Assembly: GCA_030646955.1 (NCBI GenBank)
Contig: JAUSKM010000033.1
Span: 1-62,614, forward strand
Reading direction: 5' to 3'
Origin: a bacterium
GTDB taxonomy: Bacteria > Patescibacteriota > Patescibacteriia > JACPHY01
DNA length: 62,614 nucleotides
The notes beneath the pieces were generated by a model. It searched no databases. It had not been told where the DNA came from and worked only from the letters and a program-made list of their open reading frames with translations. Shown piece by piece: positions 54,672 through 62,614 of the stretch (position 1 is its first letter; every line of letters starts with the position of its first letter). The translations under genes and the position numbers were made by a program.

Positions 54672-55346
54672 ATGCGGTATCGCAGCACATCATGGCAACT
54701 GACGGGTGCCGGAGTCCTCCTTGCATGTGCGGGGGTACTTGGGTTACTGATGCCACGCGCGCTGCCAATCGCATGCGCGCTTGCAACAATTTCCGCCGTC
54801 GTCGGAACGCTTTGTTCACCAAATGCGCACTGGCGATCGGTGGTTCGTCACGCGCTGCTCGCAGTGACCGCATTCGCATACCCCTTCTTCTTTGGCGGAC
54901 AGTTTTTGCCATGGGTATTCACGGCGCTCCATCTGACGCTTATCGCGGCAGCGTGGGCGCGCGCGCTTGCCGGACGGCAGCACTTCGTCCTCCCGCAAGC
55001 GCTCGCCGCGGCGTTCGGCATTGCCGTGCTTGCTTCTGCGACGCAATTTTTCTTTCCCGCATCAGCGCGCATCGTCGCGTTGAGTGCGGTTGCTACATTT
55101 GCGGTGCTCCTGGTTGTCAGCATGCCGCGGTTTGGTGCCAGCGCATTTCCGTTGCCGCTGACGTGTGCCGCTGCGCTCGTGCTCTCCGAGGCGTTGGTGC
55201 TGCTGCGGTTCCTGCCGACACACTGGATGATCAATGCGGCGGTGCTGGGCGCTATCGCAGGCGCTGCGCTTGCATCGCGTCGAACTCCTCGTGCAGCATT
55301 CTCCGGCCTCATTGTCGTCCTGCTTCTCTTTGGCGTGATACAGTAG
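54672..55346 (+). CDS. Hypothetical polytopic membrane protein
   Basis: 224 aa with about 7 hydrophobic segments. Confidence 0.5.
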   Translation: MRYRSTSWQLTGAGVLLACAGVLGLLMPRALPIACALATISAVVGTLCSPNAHWRSVVRHALLAVTAFAYPFFFGGQFLPWVFTALHLTLIAAAWARALAGRQHFVLPQALAAAFGIAVLASATQFFFPASARIVALSAVATFAVLLVVSMPRFGASAFPLPLTCAAALVLSEALVLLRFLPTHWMINAAVLGAIAGAALASRRTPRAAFSGLIVVLLLFGVIQ

Positions 55347-55358
55347 CCGCAAGATTGT

Positions 55359-56555
55359 ATGTTGCAACGCACCAAGCATCCATCAACACCGTCCGATGCC
55401 ATAGCAACGCCGCTAGAGCGTTCCGCGGCGCGCGCGGGGCGATCTGGTTGGATCGCGTTCACCGGCATCGTGGCGTTGCTTGCGGGTATTGCTGGCGGAC
55501 TCATCGGGATGACCTTTCTCGTCCCGGTGCCGCAATCTGTTGGCGCACCTCCCGTTGTTGGGAGGACGCGCGGCGATAACGCGCGCATAGGATTTCCAGC
55601 AATTGCCCCGCTTGCGGCGGCGGTTGTGGAACTTTTTGATGCGCAGCAAGCGGCGACGCTTGGCGATCGTGTTGGGCGCGGTGTCACCCTGACCAGCGAT
55701 GGGTGGATCGTGACGGTTCGCGGCGCACTGCCTCCAGCAAAACGCGGGAGCGTGCCGGCGGCTGCGGGACGCGATCGGGTGCTGCACGCGGCGGTACGTG
55801 CGGCTTTTGATCCGCTTTCGGATCTCGTATTTCTCCGGACGCCCACGCTTGCAGCTTCTGTGATCCCGCTGTGTACGGATTGCGCCCTTGCGCCAGGCAC
55901 TCCGCTGTTCGCGCCCACGGAAGACGGCGGACTCACGGCACTACGTCTGCGCGCGCGGCACGTCCGTCGCGGAGCGGGGATACTGCGTTCTTCAGATCAA
56001 TGGGAGACGCTCCTTGCGTTTGACGGATCAGCGCGATTAGCTCCGGGAACGCCGATCGTGAACACAGACGGCGCGCTTGTCGGCCTGGTGCTGGCGGACG
56101 ATGTGGCGATCCCCGTGGATGCGATTGCCTCAGCGCTCCCGCAACTCTTCCGGGGCGGCACGGTGATACGCAATGGACTTGGCGTGACGTACCGCGATCG
56201 GGCAGAGTTGGTGATGCGCGGTGATGGCAGCGCCGCTGCTCCTGATGGCGCAGAGATCGCCGTACCACTCCGTGGAACCGCGTTTGCCGCCGGAAGTCCG
56301 CTTGCTGGCCGCGTTGAGATTGGAACGGTGGTGCGTGCGGTGGGCGGAGATCCGTTGACGGCACGGAGGTTTTTGGCCGAGTTACTCCAGGAGTATCCAC
56401 TTGGCGCGTCGGTATCGCTCGTCATGTCGCGTCCACGCGTTGGTGATGGAGCTGCCACAGAGACGATCGAGGTGCCGCTCATGCAGGTTACTGGAGAGAC
56501 CATGACGTACGCCGCTTCCGCGGAGCAGCCGCGCGGCAGCGCTGCGGGGGGTTGA
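55359..56555 (+). CDS. HtrA/DegP-like protein with a PDZ-like C-terminus, catalytic His and Ser apparently absent
   Basis: A TM anchor is followed by GRGVTLTSDGWIVTVRG (His position lost), DLVFLRT (Asp kept) and LAPGTPIVNTDGALVGLV in place of GNSGGPL. A PDZ-like segment follows. Confidence 0.55.
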   Translation: MLQRTKHPSTPSDAIATPLERSAARAGRSGWIAFTGIVALLAGIAGGLIGMTFLVPVPQSVGAPPVVGRTRGDNARIGFPAIAPLAAAVVELFDAQQAATLGDRVGRGVTLTSDGWIVTVRGALPPAKRGSVPAAAGRDRVLHAAVRAAFDPLSDLVFLRTPTLAASVIPLCTDCALAPGTPLFAPTEDGGLTALRLRARHVRRGAGILRSSDQWETLLAFDGSARLAPGTPIVNTDGALVGLVLADDVAIPVDAIASALPQLFRGGTVIRNGLGVTYRDRAELVMRGDGSAAAPDGAEIAVPLRGTAFAAGSPLAGRVEIGTVVRAVGGDPLTARRFLAELLQEYPLGASVSLVMSRPRVGDGAATETIEVPLMQVTGETMTYAASAEQPRGSAAGG

Positions 56556-56601
56556 CGGACATCCGAGGTTCTGCTACGGTCGTTTTGTATATCACTACCC
56601 T

Positions 56602-57204
56602 ATGTCCCACAGCATCACTCGATTCATCGCGCACAACCGGCGGTACGCGCTCGGCGTTGCGCTTGCGGGCGGCGCGATCGCGTTGGTCTTCTCGTTGGTC
56701 CAGCCGCTTGCGTACCGCGCGACGATGCGGCTCCTCATCATTCAGGCGACCTCGCCGACGCTGGATGCGTACACGGCGGTGAAATCGTCGGAGAAGGTGG
56801 GGCGCAACCTCGGGCACGTCATCGCATCGTCCTCATTCCTGGACCGCGTGCTCCAGGTAAACCCGGAGATTGATCGCGCCGCATTCCCGGAGAACGAGCG
56901 CGCGCGGCGTCGGGCATGGGGGCGAACGGTGGAGTCCTCGGTGGCTGCAGAGTCCAGCATTATGGAGGTGCGTGTGTACCACGAGCGACAGGCGCAGGCC
57001 GTGGCGATTGCGGATGGGATTGGGAGCGTACTGGTACGAGACGCAAAGGATTACACTGGCAGTCGCGATATCACCGTGCGCGTCATTGATTCGCCGCTCA
57101 TCTCGCGGTTTCCCGTCCGGCCCAACATTGCCCTCAACGTGCTCCTCGGCTTCCTCTTCGGCGCTGCGTTGGCGCTTGCCCAGCGGTACCTCTTTTCGCG
57201 GTAA
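56602..57204 (+). CDS. Short Wzz/CapA/YveK-like polysaccharide co-polymerase (PCP-2b-like)
   Basis: It has an N-terminal TM, a loop of about 130 aa, and PVRPNIALNVLLGFLFGAALALA, the conserved Pro-rich motif plus C-terminal TM. Confidence 0.6.
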   Translation: MSHSITRFIAHNRRYALGVALAGGAIALVFSLVQPLAYRATMRLLIIQATSPTLDAYTAVKSSEKVGRNLGHVIASSSFLDRVLQVNPEIDRAAFPENERARRRAWGRTVESSVAAESSIMEVRVYHERQAQAVAIADGIGSVLVRDAKDYTGSRDITVRVIDSPLISRFPVRPNIALNVLLGFLFGAALALAQRYLFSR

Positions 57205-57342
57205 CGACGGCCTCTTTGGTAGGATTCCTCCACGTCCGTACGGATGTGGGGGAATTCTGTTTCATCACCCACGCTTCATGTTGGGCGAGCATACTGATTC
57301 TATGCGCAGGAATTTCGCTTTATTGAGCGACGTTGAAAGCGC

Positions 57343-57371
57343 TTGACAGTGGAGGATGACTGTGCTACGGT
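57343..57371 (+). promoter_or_regulatory. Candidate promoter of the secreted-protein cluster
   Basis: TTGACA-N17-TACGGT, followed by a leader of about 125 nt with two 7-bp hairpins (57422-40 and 57454-75). Confidence 0.4.
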
Positions 57372-57495
57372 AATGCATCGCGACAGTGAGGCAAGATGTG
57401 CTCGCTTTCGCGGTGTGTTCCGTGAAGGGTGGTCCTTCACAACTGAAAACCATGGGACGCGTCGAAAGGCGTCCCCAAGCGCAGGAGGAAAAGTC

Positions 57496-58386
57496 ATGCG
57501 CAAGAAGGGTGTGTGGGGGAGTTACCCCCGCTTCGTCGCAGGAGTCGCCGTACTGGCGGCCTGCATGTTCACCGTTCCGGCGATCGCCAACGGCGATCCG
57601 ACGGGGGCCTACAGGGGCCCTCCGGGAGGCGGCTCGGCCGCGCTCAACAAGACGGTCACCGGGGAGTTGGTGCGGCAGGTGCCCGTGGGTGTTCGCGGGA
57701 CCGACGACATCAGGCGGGAGCTCGTCCGCGTCCTCACGGACGCGGGGACGGAGCGGGTCAAGCTGTTCCAGGTCGAGTGCGGCCTGGAGGCATTCGGAAA
57801 CGTGACCGGACCCAAGACCCAGGTGTGCCTGGGCGCCGTCGCGCAGGCCGTCGAGGACGCGCGTGCGGCGGGCGGTTCCGGCAGCGGCATCGGAAGCGGT
57901 CGTGGCGGTTCGGGCGGCGGTGGGCGGGGGCTGCCGATGGTCAGCCGCGCCACGCAGGAGCTGCTGTGCCCGCCCCTCACGCAGGGACGGGTGACGCTGA
58001 ACCCGCCCGGGCAGGACCCGGGGATGTACCTGGCGTGCGGGACCAGTGCCTACTATCGGCTGCCGGAGAACTGCGGCGAGTCCGACCTGGAGGTGGTGGT
58101 CGCGCAGGGCGTGGACGGTGGCGTGCTTCGGGACGAAGATGACAACGCGATCATCAACTGCGTGCGTGCCGGCACCGCGCTGGGTTCCTCCTGGATCGGT
58201 CTCCCGGAGTCGGACGCACCGGCTCCCCAGCCGGACTGGTGGTCGAAGAACTGGGGCTGGGTGGTCGGCGGCGGTGTGGTGACGGCGGTCGCGGCGGTGG
58301 TCGCCGTGGTGGCCTACAGCGAGTGGCAACAAGACCACACAACCTACGTGCTCCAGCAGGGAGCGCCGGCAGGAGGTGCACGATGA
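57496..58386 (+). CDS. Secreted Cys-containing protein with a Gly-rich linker and a C-terminal TM anchor
   Basis: AGGAGG lies 8 nt upstream of ATG 57496. The signal peptide is FVAGVAVLAACMFTVPAIA. The Gly-rich linker is GGSGSGIGSGRGGSGGGG. The C-terminal TM is WVVGGGVVTAVAAVVAVVAY. Confidence 0.6.
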   Translation: MRKKGVWGSYPRFVAGVAVLAACMFTVPAIANGDPTGAYRGPPGGGSAALNKTVTGELVRQVPVGVRGTDDIRRELVRVLTDAGTERVKLFQVECGLEAFGNVTGPKTQVCLGAVAQAVEDARAAGGSGSGIGSGRGGSGGGGRGLPMVSRATQELLCPPLTQGRVTLNPPGQDPGMYLACGTSAYYRLPENCGESDLEVVVAQGVDGGVLRDEDDNAIINCVRAGTALGSSWIGLPESDAPAPQPDWWSKNWGWVVGGGVVTAVAAVVAVVAYSEWQQDHTTYVLQQGAPAGGAR

Positions 58387-58964
58387 GGCTCGAGACGACG
58401 CAGTGGTTCCTGGTCTGTCTCCTCGCCGCGGCGCTGGTCGCCTGCGGACAGGACACGGTTCCGATCTGGACCGGCGACGACGATGCCGCCAGCGACGATG
58501 ACGACACCGGCAACAGCGACGACGACGCGGTGAGCGACGACGATGACGACACGGACGATGACCTGTCGTTCGACTGCGAGGACTCGGACGAGGTGGAGAT
58601 CACCTGCACGTACCCGAGCTCGTTCGAGGGCATCACGCGCGTTCGCGGGTGCCACAACTTCATCGGACAGAGCGCGAGCGACCAGACGTGGAACTGCACC
58701 TCCTGGCAGGAGGGCCGCACGTTCCGTGCCTGTGCGCACGCCGACACGGTGCGGCTCGCCAAGCGTGAGCAATGCGAGGGTGGCGTGTGCGGTCTCTGGC
58801 TCTCCGTGGAGGCCAACGAGACCAACACCAACCATCTGTGTCGAGGTGCGGCTGGCAGCCAGATGTCGGCGGCCTGCACCGTGGACGACCACATGTCCGT
58901 GGACGTGACCATGGCCGACATGAACAACGGGCAGACCGGATGCCACGGCTACCTGCGGAACTGA
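58383..58964 (+). CDS. Lipoprotein with an acidic Asp-rich linker and a Cys-rich domain
   Basis: An ATGA overlap links it to the upstream stop. The lipobox is LAAALVAC. The acidic linker is DDDAASDDDDTGNSDDDAVSDDDDDTDDD. Ten Cys residues follow. Confidence 0.6.
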   Translation: MRLETTQWFLVCLLAAALVACGQDTVPIWTGDDDAASDDDDTGNSDDDAVSDDDDDTDDDLSFDCEDSDEVEITCTYPSSFEGITRVRGCHNFIGQSASDQTWNCTSWQEGRTFRACAHADTVRLAKREQCEGGVCGLWLSVEANETNTNHLCRGAAGSQMSAACTVDDHMSVDVTMADMNNGQTGCHGYLRN

Positions 58965-59004
58965 CCGCATGACCGCATGACCGTGGTGACGAGTGTGTGA
59001 CAGA

Positions 59005-59039
59005 GAGGCGGTCCCTTCCGGGACCGCCTCCTTCTTTTT
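59005..59039 (+). terminator. Rho-independent terminator
   Basis: An 11-bp stem gaggcggtccc/gggaccgcctc with loop ttcc is followed by cttcttttt. Confidence 0.8.
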
Positions 59040-59082
59040 CACCTCACGGCGCAGGTTTGGAAGAACAACGGATTTCATGCTC

Positions 59083-59120
59083 CTCCCCCTCCCGCTGGGA
59101 GGGGGAGCTAGAGGGGGTAG
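59083..59120. repeat. Repeat family A-like element, copy 3 (divergent)
   Basis: ctccccctccc-gct-gggagggggag followed by ctagagggggtagg. It has the same architecture and the same post-terminator position as copies 1 and 2. Confidence 0.6.
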
Positions 59121-59256
59121 GCGATGCTCGGTTGAGCGATACATTTTCTTCTTATCCTCCGCGCTCTGGCGGACGCAGACGAGCGGGAGTGGAGGGGCGT
59201 GGGGGGTGCGTTCATCCACTTTTCACACTGTTTCTGCTGCAATAAACGTGAAAACC

Positions 59257-59285
59257 TTGACAGGAAGCCATTTCCGTGCTACTCT
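59257..59285 (+). promoter_or_regulatory. Candidate promoter
   Basis: TTGACA-N17-TACTCT lies about 90 nt upstream of GTG 59375. Confidence 0.45.
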
Positions 59286-59374
59286 GAAAAGTCGCATGGT
59301 TGTGGCTTGCCACGGGCGACAGCACTGGAACCTTCCCAAAAAACCCGCTGAATGTTGCGGGAGAGGAGTAAGAC

Positions 59375-61015
59375 GTGAAGCAGCAGAGCATGATCCTGGC
59401 CGCGCTGGTCGTGGCGTTCTTGGGCGCCTCCTGCAAGGAGCGTACCGTTCTGTTGGGAACGCTGGGGAGCGAGAGCTTCTCGGCGGACACCGACGACGAC
59501 AGCGCCACGGACGACGATGCCGCCTCGGCGGACGACGACGCGGGCGGTTGCACGTTCAATGCGGACTGCGACGACGGCGAGGTGTGCGACGCCGCGACGG
59601 CCGCCTGCGTGGCGGTCCCCGGTGCCTCCACCGATGACGACGCCTCGGACGACGACGCGGCCAGCGACGACGATACCGTCGCGTGTGGCGGCGAGGTGTG
59701 TCTGGACGGCGTGGACAACGACTGCGATGGCGTGGCGGACGAGGGATGCCCCGGCGACGGCACGGTGCACGCGGCCGATGCCGACGACGACAGCGCCTCG
59801 GATGACGATGCCGCCTCCGGCGACGACGATACCGCCGCGACCGACGACGACAGCGCCTCGGACGATGATGCGGCCGGCGACGACGACGCGGCTCCCGCGG
59901 GCGAGATCTGCGACGGCAGCGACAACGATGGCGATGGCGTGACGGACGAAGGATGTCCGGATGCCGGCGACGACGACACCGCGGACGCGGATGACGATGC
60001 TTCCGGCGACGATGACGCCGCATCCGACGACGACAGCGCCACGGACGACGACAGCGCCACGGACGACGACGCGGCCGGCGACGACGACGCGGCTGCTGGC
60101 TGCACGAGCAACGCCGACTGTGCGGAGGACGAGTCGTGCCTGCCGGCGGGCGATGTGCCCTTCACATGCACGCCCGACGCGGACCGCGACACCGTCGCGG
60201 ACGCGGACGACAACTGCCCGAACGCCGCCAACTTCGACCAGGCCGATGTGGACGAGGACGGCACGGGCAACATCTGCGACAGCGAGGAGTGCGACGGCGA
60301 GGACAACGACGGCGATGGCGATGCGGACGAGGGCGACCCGTGCAACTGGCCGTCCACCGGTCGCATGTGCCTGGCCGATGCCTGTACGCCCGACGCGGAC
60401 CGCGACACCGTCGCGGACGCGGACGACAACTGTCCCGCCTCGGCCAACGTCGATCAGGCGGACGCGGACGAGGACGGCACCGGTGACGAGTGCGAGACGG
60501 TGGAGCCCGCCGGGGACGACGACGCGGCAGGCGACGACGATGCCGCCTCGGACGACGATTCCACGGGTGACGACGACGCTTCCGGGGACGACGATTCCAC
60601 GGGTGACGACGATACCGCGGACGAGGATCTGGTCCTCACGTGCGCCTTCACGGTGCCGACCACCGATCCGCTGACCGGCGATTCGCTCCCGCCCCCGGAT
60701 GCCAGCGCGCGGTTCTGTGCAAGCTTCGTGGCGCCCGGCGTCCCGTGGCGGTGCGCGCTCACGCCGCTCCCCGGCGATCGCATCGTGCGCGTGACGTACA
60801 CGGTCACGCCCGACGTGCACTACGGGAACTACTGCTCGTCGTCCTGCGATAGCGCCGATGACGGTGTTTGGATGTTCGTCATGGATTCCATGGGCGTGCT
60901 CCAACAGCGCGTGACCATGACGTGCAACGTGAACGGCACGAGCGTGTCGCCCACGCTCGCGGAGAACCCGCAGCACACGGGCGGCAATGCCCGCCTGGAC
61001 CTCACGGGCCTCTAG
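59375..61015 (+). CDS. Hyper-acidic lipoprotein with DDDxxxDDD tracts, two CxDGxDNDCDGxxDEGCP motifs and two thrombospondin type-3-like Ca-binding repeats
   Basis: A GGAGAGGAG Shine-Dalgarno precedes the GTG start. The lipobox is FLGASC. The motifs are CLDGVDNDCDGVADEGCP and CDGSDNDGDGVTDEGCP, plus DADRDTVADADDNCPNAANFDQADVDEDGTGNIC and a second copy. The C-terminal domain of about 130 aa is non-repetitive and contains Cys. Confidence 0.7.
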   Translation: MKQQSMILAALVVAFLGASCKERTVLLGTLGSESFSADTDDDSATDDDAASADDDAGGCTFNADCDDGEVCDAATAACVAVPGASTDDDASDDDAASDDDTVACGGEVCLDGVDNDCDGVADEGCPGDGTVHAADADDDSASDDDAASGDDDTAATDDDSASDDDAAGDDDAAPAGEICDGSDNDGDGVTDEGCPDAGDDDTADADDDASGDDDAASDDDSATDDDSATDDDAAGDDDAAAGCTSNADCAEDESCLPAGDVPFTCTPDADRDTVADADDNCPNAANFDQADVDEDGTGNICDSEECDGEDNDGDGDADEGDPCNWPSTGRMCLADACTPDADRDTVADADDNCPASANVDQADADEDGTGDECETVEPAGDDDAAGDDDAASDDDSTGDDDASGDDDSTGDDDTADEDLVLTCAFTVPTTDPLTGDSLPPPDASARFCASFVAPGVPWRCALTPLPGDRIVRVTYTVTPDVHYGNYCSSSCDSADDGVWMFVMDSMGVLQQRVTMTCNVNGTSVSPTLAENPQHTGGNARLDLTGL

Positions 61016-61029
61016 GCCCCCGGTCTGAA

Positions 61030-61068
61030 GACCCCCGCAGCATCACGCTGCGGGGGTCACTCATTTTA
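61030..61068 (+). terminator. Rho-independent terminator
   Basis: Stem gacccccgcagc/gctgcgggggtc with loop atcac, followed by actcatttt. Confidence 0.7.
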
Positions 61069-61171
61069 CGCGCAACAAAGCGGCTGTTTGACTTCTTGGA
61101 GGTTGTATGCTACGGTTCCGTGAAGCTCATTGCAAATAAAGACTAGATGACAATGTAGGGAGGTGTCTATC

Positions 61172-62614
61172 ATGCGAACGTTCGTAGTAGGGGCAATGCT
61201 TGCGCTCTGTTGCGGTGCGCTTCCCGCGTATGCGCAGCAGAAGATTCCGGGCCGCACCGCAGGGACCGGCACACAGCGGTTCCAGCAAGCGCTCCACGAG
61301 GCCGCGCGCGAGCGTCGTCTGGTGGAGGAGATGGATCGGCGTCCTGCCGAGAACATCGCAGACAAGCAGGTGGTCACCGCGTGCCATCGTCAGTACCTCG
61401 CGCTCTGGGAGCAGTACGGCGTCCAGCAGCGCGTCGAGCACATGGCGCCGCAACAGGAGACGACGATCCGCGCATCCGCGGATGATCTTGAAGCGCTCTG
61501 GGGCATCGCGCTCTGCACCGATGCGCACGCGCGTCTCATTGAGGATAATGAGACGCGGCACGATCGCACGCTGCATGCCGCGTGGCTCTACAGTCGGTAC
61601 GACGAGCTGGAGCATCGCACCGCAGCGCAGTTTCGCAATCGCGTTGTCGCCGCACGCATCGCCGCGGAGCTGATTCCGCAAGGGAAGGACGTCGTGCAGG
61701 CAGCCCTTCCAGCCGATGCAGGTGCGTTGGACGATGATGCGGCAGCCGTGGAGCGGACAACGCAGCTTGCGGTGCTGCAGGAGCAGATGGATCGTGTGCG
61801 TGCACAGCGCGCAGCGCAGGACTACCGTGCCTGCAGTGCAACGTATGCGTCGCTCGGTAAGCGATACGGAGTAGACCGTGCCGCGGCACGTATTGCCCGC
61901 GATCGCGATGAGTTCCGTCGCCGCTACGCGTCCAACGATGCCGCGCGGGGTGCCGATTCGACGACGTACGCGATGGTGGATCCCGCGGTCGCCGCGACGT
62001 TCGATCTCGTTTGGGGCACGGCAGTGTGCGAGCACGGCGTTGCGTTGGAGCTCATCGATGCCGGCGCAGGAGGCATGTTCGATCCGAACTTTCCCGAAGC
62101 GATCGAGCGTCTGGAGCGCGCGCGTGATCGGTACGAGCAGTACGTACAGCTCGAGTTCCGTCGCGAGCAACGGCAACGTGTGGGTGCGGCGCACGCGAAG
62201 TACGAGAAGGTCTCGGTGTTGCTCGACGAGCTTCAGCACCAGTCAGATCCGTTGTTCCGTCCTCGCGGGGAAGCATTGCCGGTCGCAGACGGGCTCCGTG
62301 CTCCGGCATCCCCGGAGGATCGTCCGCCCATCGTGCCCGAGCCGGACCGAACGCCCGTATCGGCCGACGTGCAGCTTGCGACGCGTCGCTCCGATGTGGC
62401 ACTCGCGGAAGTGGTTGGGGTGGCATTGGAGGAAGCGCCAGCGCGTACGCCTGCGGCACCGTATCATCCTGCGGAGCGGAGCGGAGATCCCGATGCCGAT
62501 GGGGATCCCAGCGCCCCCGAGCTGACTCCGGAGGAGGACGCGCAGGACGAACCGCGATATCGCGTCGTGTACGAACATTCGCTCATCTGTGGTGCGTACT
62601 ACATGCTGCATGCC
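61172..62614 (+). CDS. Secreted protein with an internally duplicated Cys-containing module; 3' end lies outside the window
   Basis: It is absent from the ORF track because it has no stop in the window. GGGAGG lies 6 nt upstream of ATG 61172. The signal peptide is MRTFVVGAMLALCCGALPAYA. The frame stays open for 481 codons to the window end. Confidence 0.65.
   Translation, partial: MRTFVVGAMLALCCGALPAYAQQKIPGRTAGTGTQRFQQALHEAARERRLVEEMDRRPAENIADKQVVTACHRQYLALWEQYGVQQRVEHMAPQQETTIRASADDLEALWGIALCTDAHARLIEDNETRHDRTLHAAWLYSRYDELEHRTAAQFRNRVVAARIAAELIPQGKDVVQAALPADAGALDDDAAAVERTTQLAVLQEQMDRVRAQRAAQDYRACSATYASLGKRYGVDRAAARIARDRDEFRRRYASNDAARGADSTTYAMVDPAVAATFDLVWGTAVCEHGVALELIDAGAGGMFDPNFPEAIERLERARDRYEQYVQLEFRREQRQRVGAAHAKYEKVSVLLDELQHQSDPLFRPRGEALPVADGLRAPASPEDRPPIVPEPDRTPVSADVQLATRRSDVALAEVVGVALEEAPARTPAAPYHPAERSGDPDADGDPSAPELTPEEDAQDEPRYRVVYEHSLICGAYYMLHA

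Noticed and set aside
53361-54912. 314-aa and 418-aa minus-strand ORFs opposite the AI-2E transporter and downstream genes
   Set aside because: These are antisense shadows. The plus-strand products have coherent TM topology and the AI-2E C-terminal motif.
59400-60640. Possible CRISPR-like or tandem DNA array because of the highly repetitive gacgacgac tracts
   Set aside because: The repeats are in-frame Asp codons of a coding sequence. They are irregular in length and spacing. There is no repeat-spacer structure and no cas genes.
59212-60976. 411-aa and 565-aa minus-strand ORFs opposite the acidic lipoprotein gene
   Set aside because: Reverse-complemented GAC/GAT repeats give poly-Ser/Val/Arg junk (SSS/VVV runs). 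The plus strand has a promoter, an RBS, a lipobox and recognisable Ca-binding motifs.
61127-62239. 370-aa minus-strand ORF at the window end
   Set aside because: It is Arg/Leu/His-rich with no RBS. The plus strand carries an RBS, a signal peptide and a 481-codon open frame, so I treat the minus ORF as an antisense shadow.

Overview
High-GC bacterial chromosome segment, about 62.6 kb, with compact and often overlapping genes and many antisense shadow ORFs. I cannot assign a taxon from sequence alone. The split ComEC, the many orphan secreted proteins and the giant ORF would fit a small-celled or streamlined lineage, but that is inference.

Layout:
- 1-17.1 kb: surface-polysaccharide locus of the Cap5/8 or P. 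aeruginosa O11 type. It holds FnlA/B/C-like L-FucNAc genes, a WbpM/CapD-like dehydratase, a CapN-like epimerase, a small PglC/CapM-like phosphoglycosyl transferase, two GT4 glycosyltransferases, two methyltransferases, a Wzy-like protein, a Wzz-like protein and a large GT-C-like membrane protein.
- 17.7-36.7 kb: mostly housekeeping genes. These are an FN3 surface protein, split comEC, ndk, an RNase P RNA-like structured RNA, tRNA-Pro(GGG), rpmB, an M50 protease, CIRCE-groES-groEL, an orphan 631-aa membrane protein, pyk, a degenerate orphan PilB/GspE-like ATPase, zur-znuACB and a YibE/F protein.
- 36.78-41.88 kb: visibly AT-richer island of about 5 kb at the 3' end of tRNA-Asp(GTC), bounded by a degenerate direct repeat of the tRNA 3' end. 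It carries a Panacea (DUF4065) antitoxin with a RelE/ParE-like toxin candidate, a remnant of a restriction-endonuclease C-terminus, a DUF3761 lipoprotein and a 927-aa secreted trypsin-like protease. The protease has two IPT/TIG-like segments and seven Cys/Trp repeats that resemble thrombospondin type-1 repeats.
- 42.2-50.2 kb: orphan envelope modules. One is a three-gene minus-strand operon with two Ig-like proteins. The other is a lytic transglycosylase, two small proteins and a 1380-aa giant protein.
- 50.4-52.7 kb: rplT-rpmI-infC, tmRNA (ssrA) and smpB.
- 52.9-62.6 kb: AI-2E transporter, a catalytically degenerate HtrA/PDZ-like protein, a second Wzz-like protein, and a cluster of secreted or lipoproteins. 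This includes a hyper-acidic protein with TSP type-3-like and CxDGxDNDCDG motifs. A signal-peptide ORF runs off the window end and is absent from the ORF track.

Two intergenic repeat families and a recurring TTGACA-N16/17-TAnnnT promoter pattern are also visible. No CRISPR array, transposase, integrase or reverse transcriptase was seen.

The best candidates for something new are the tRNA-Asp island cargo (the PanA-linked toxin and the TSR-like-repeat protease), the structured RNA-like region next to it, and the SLT/giant-protein module.
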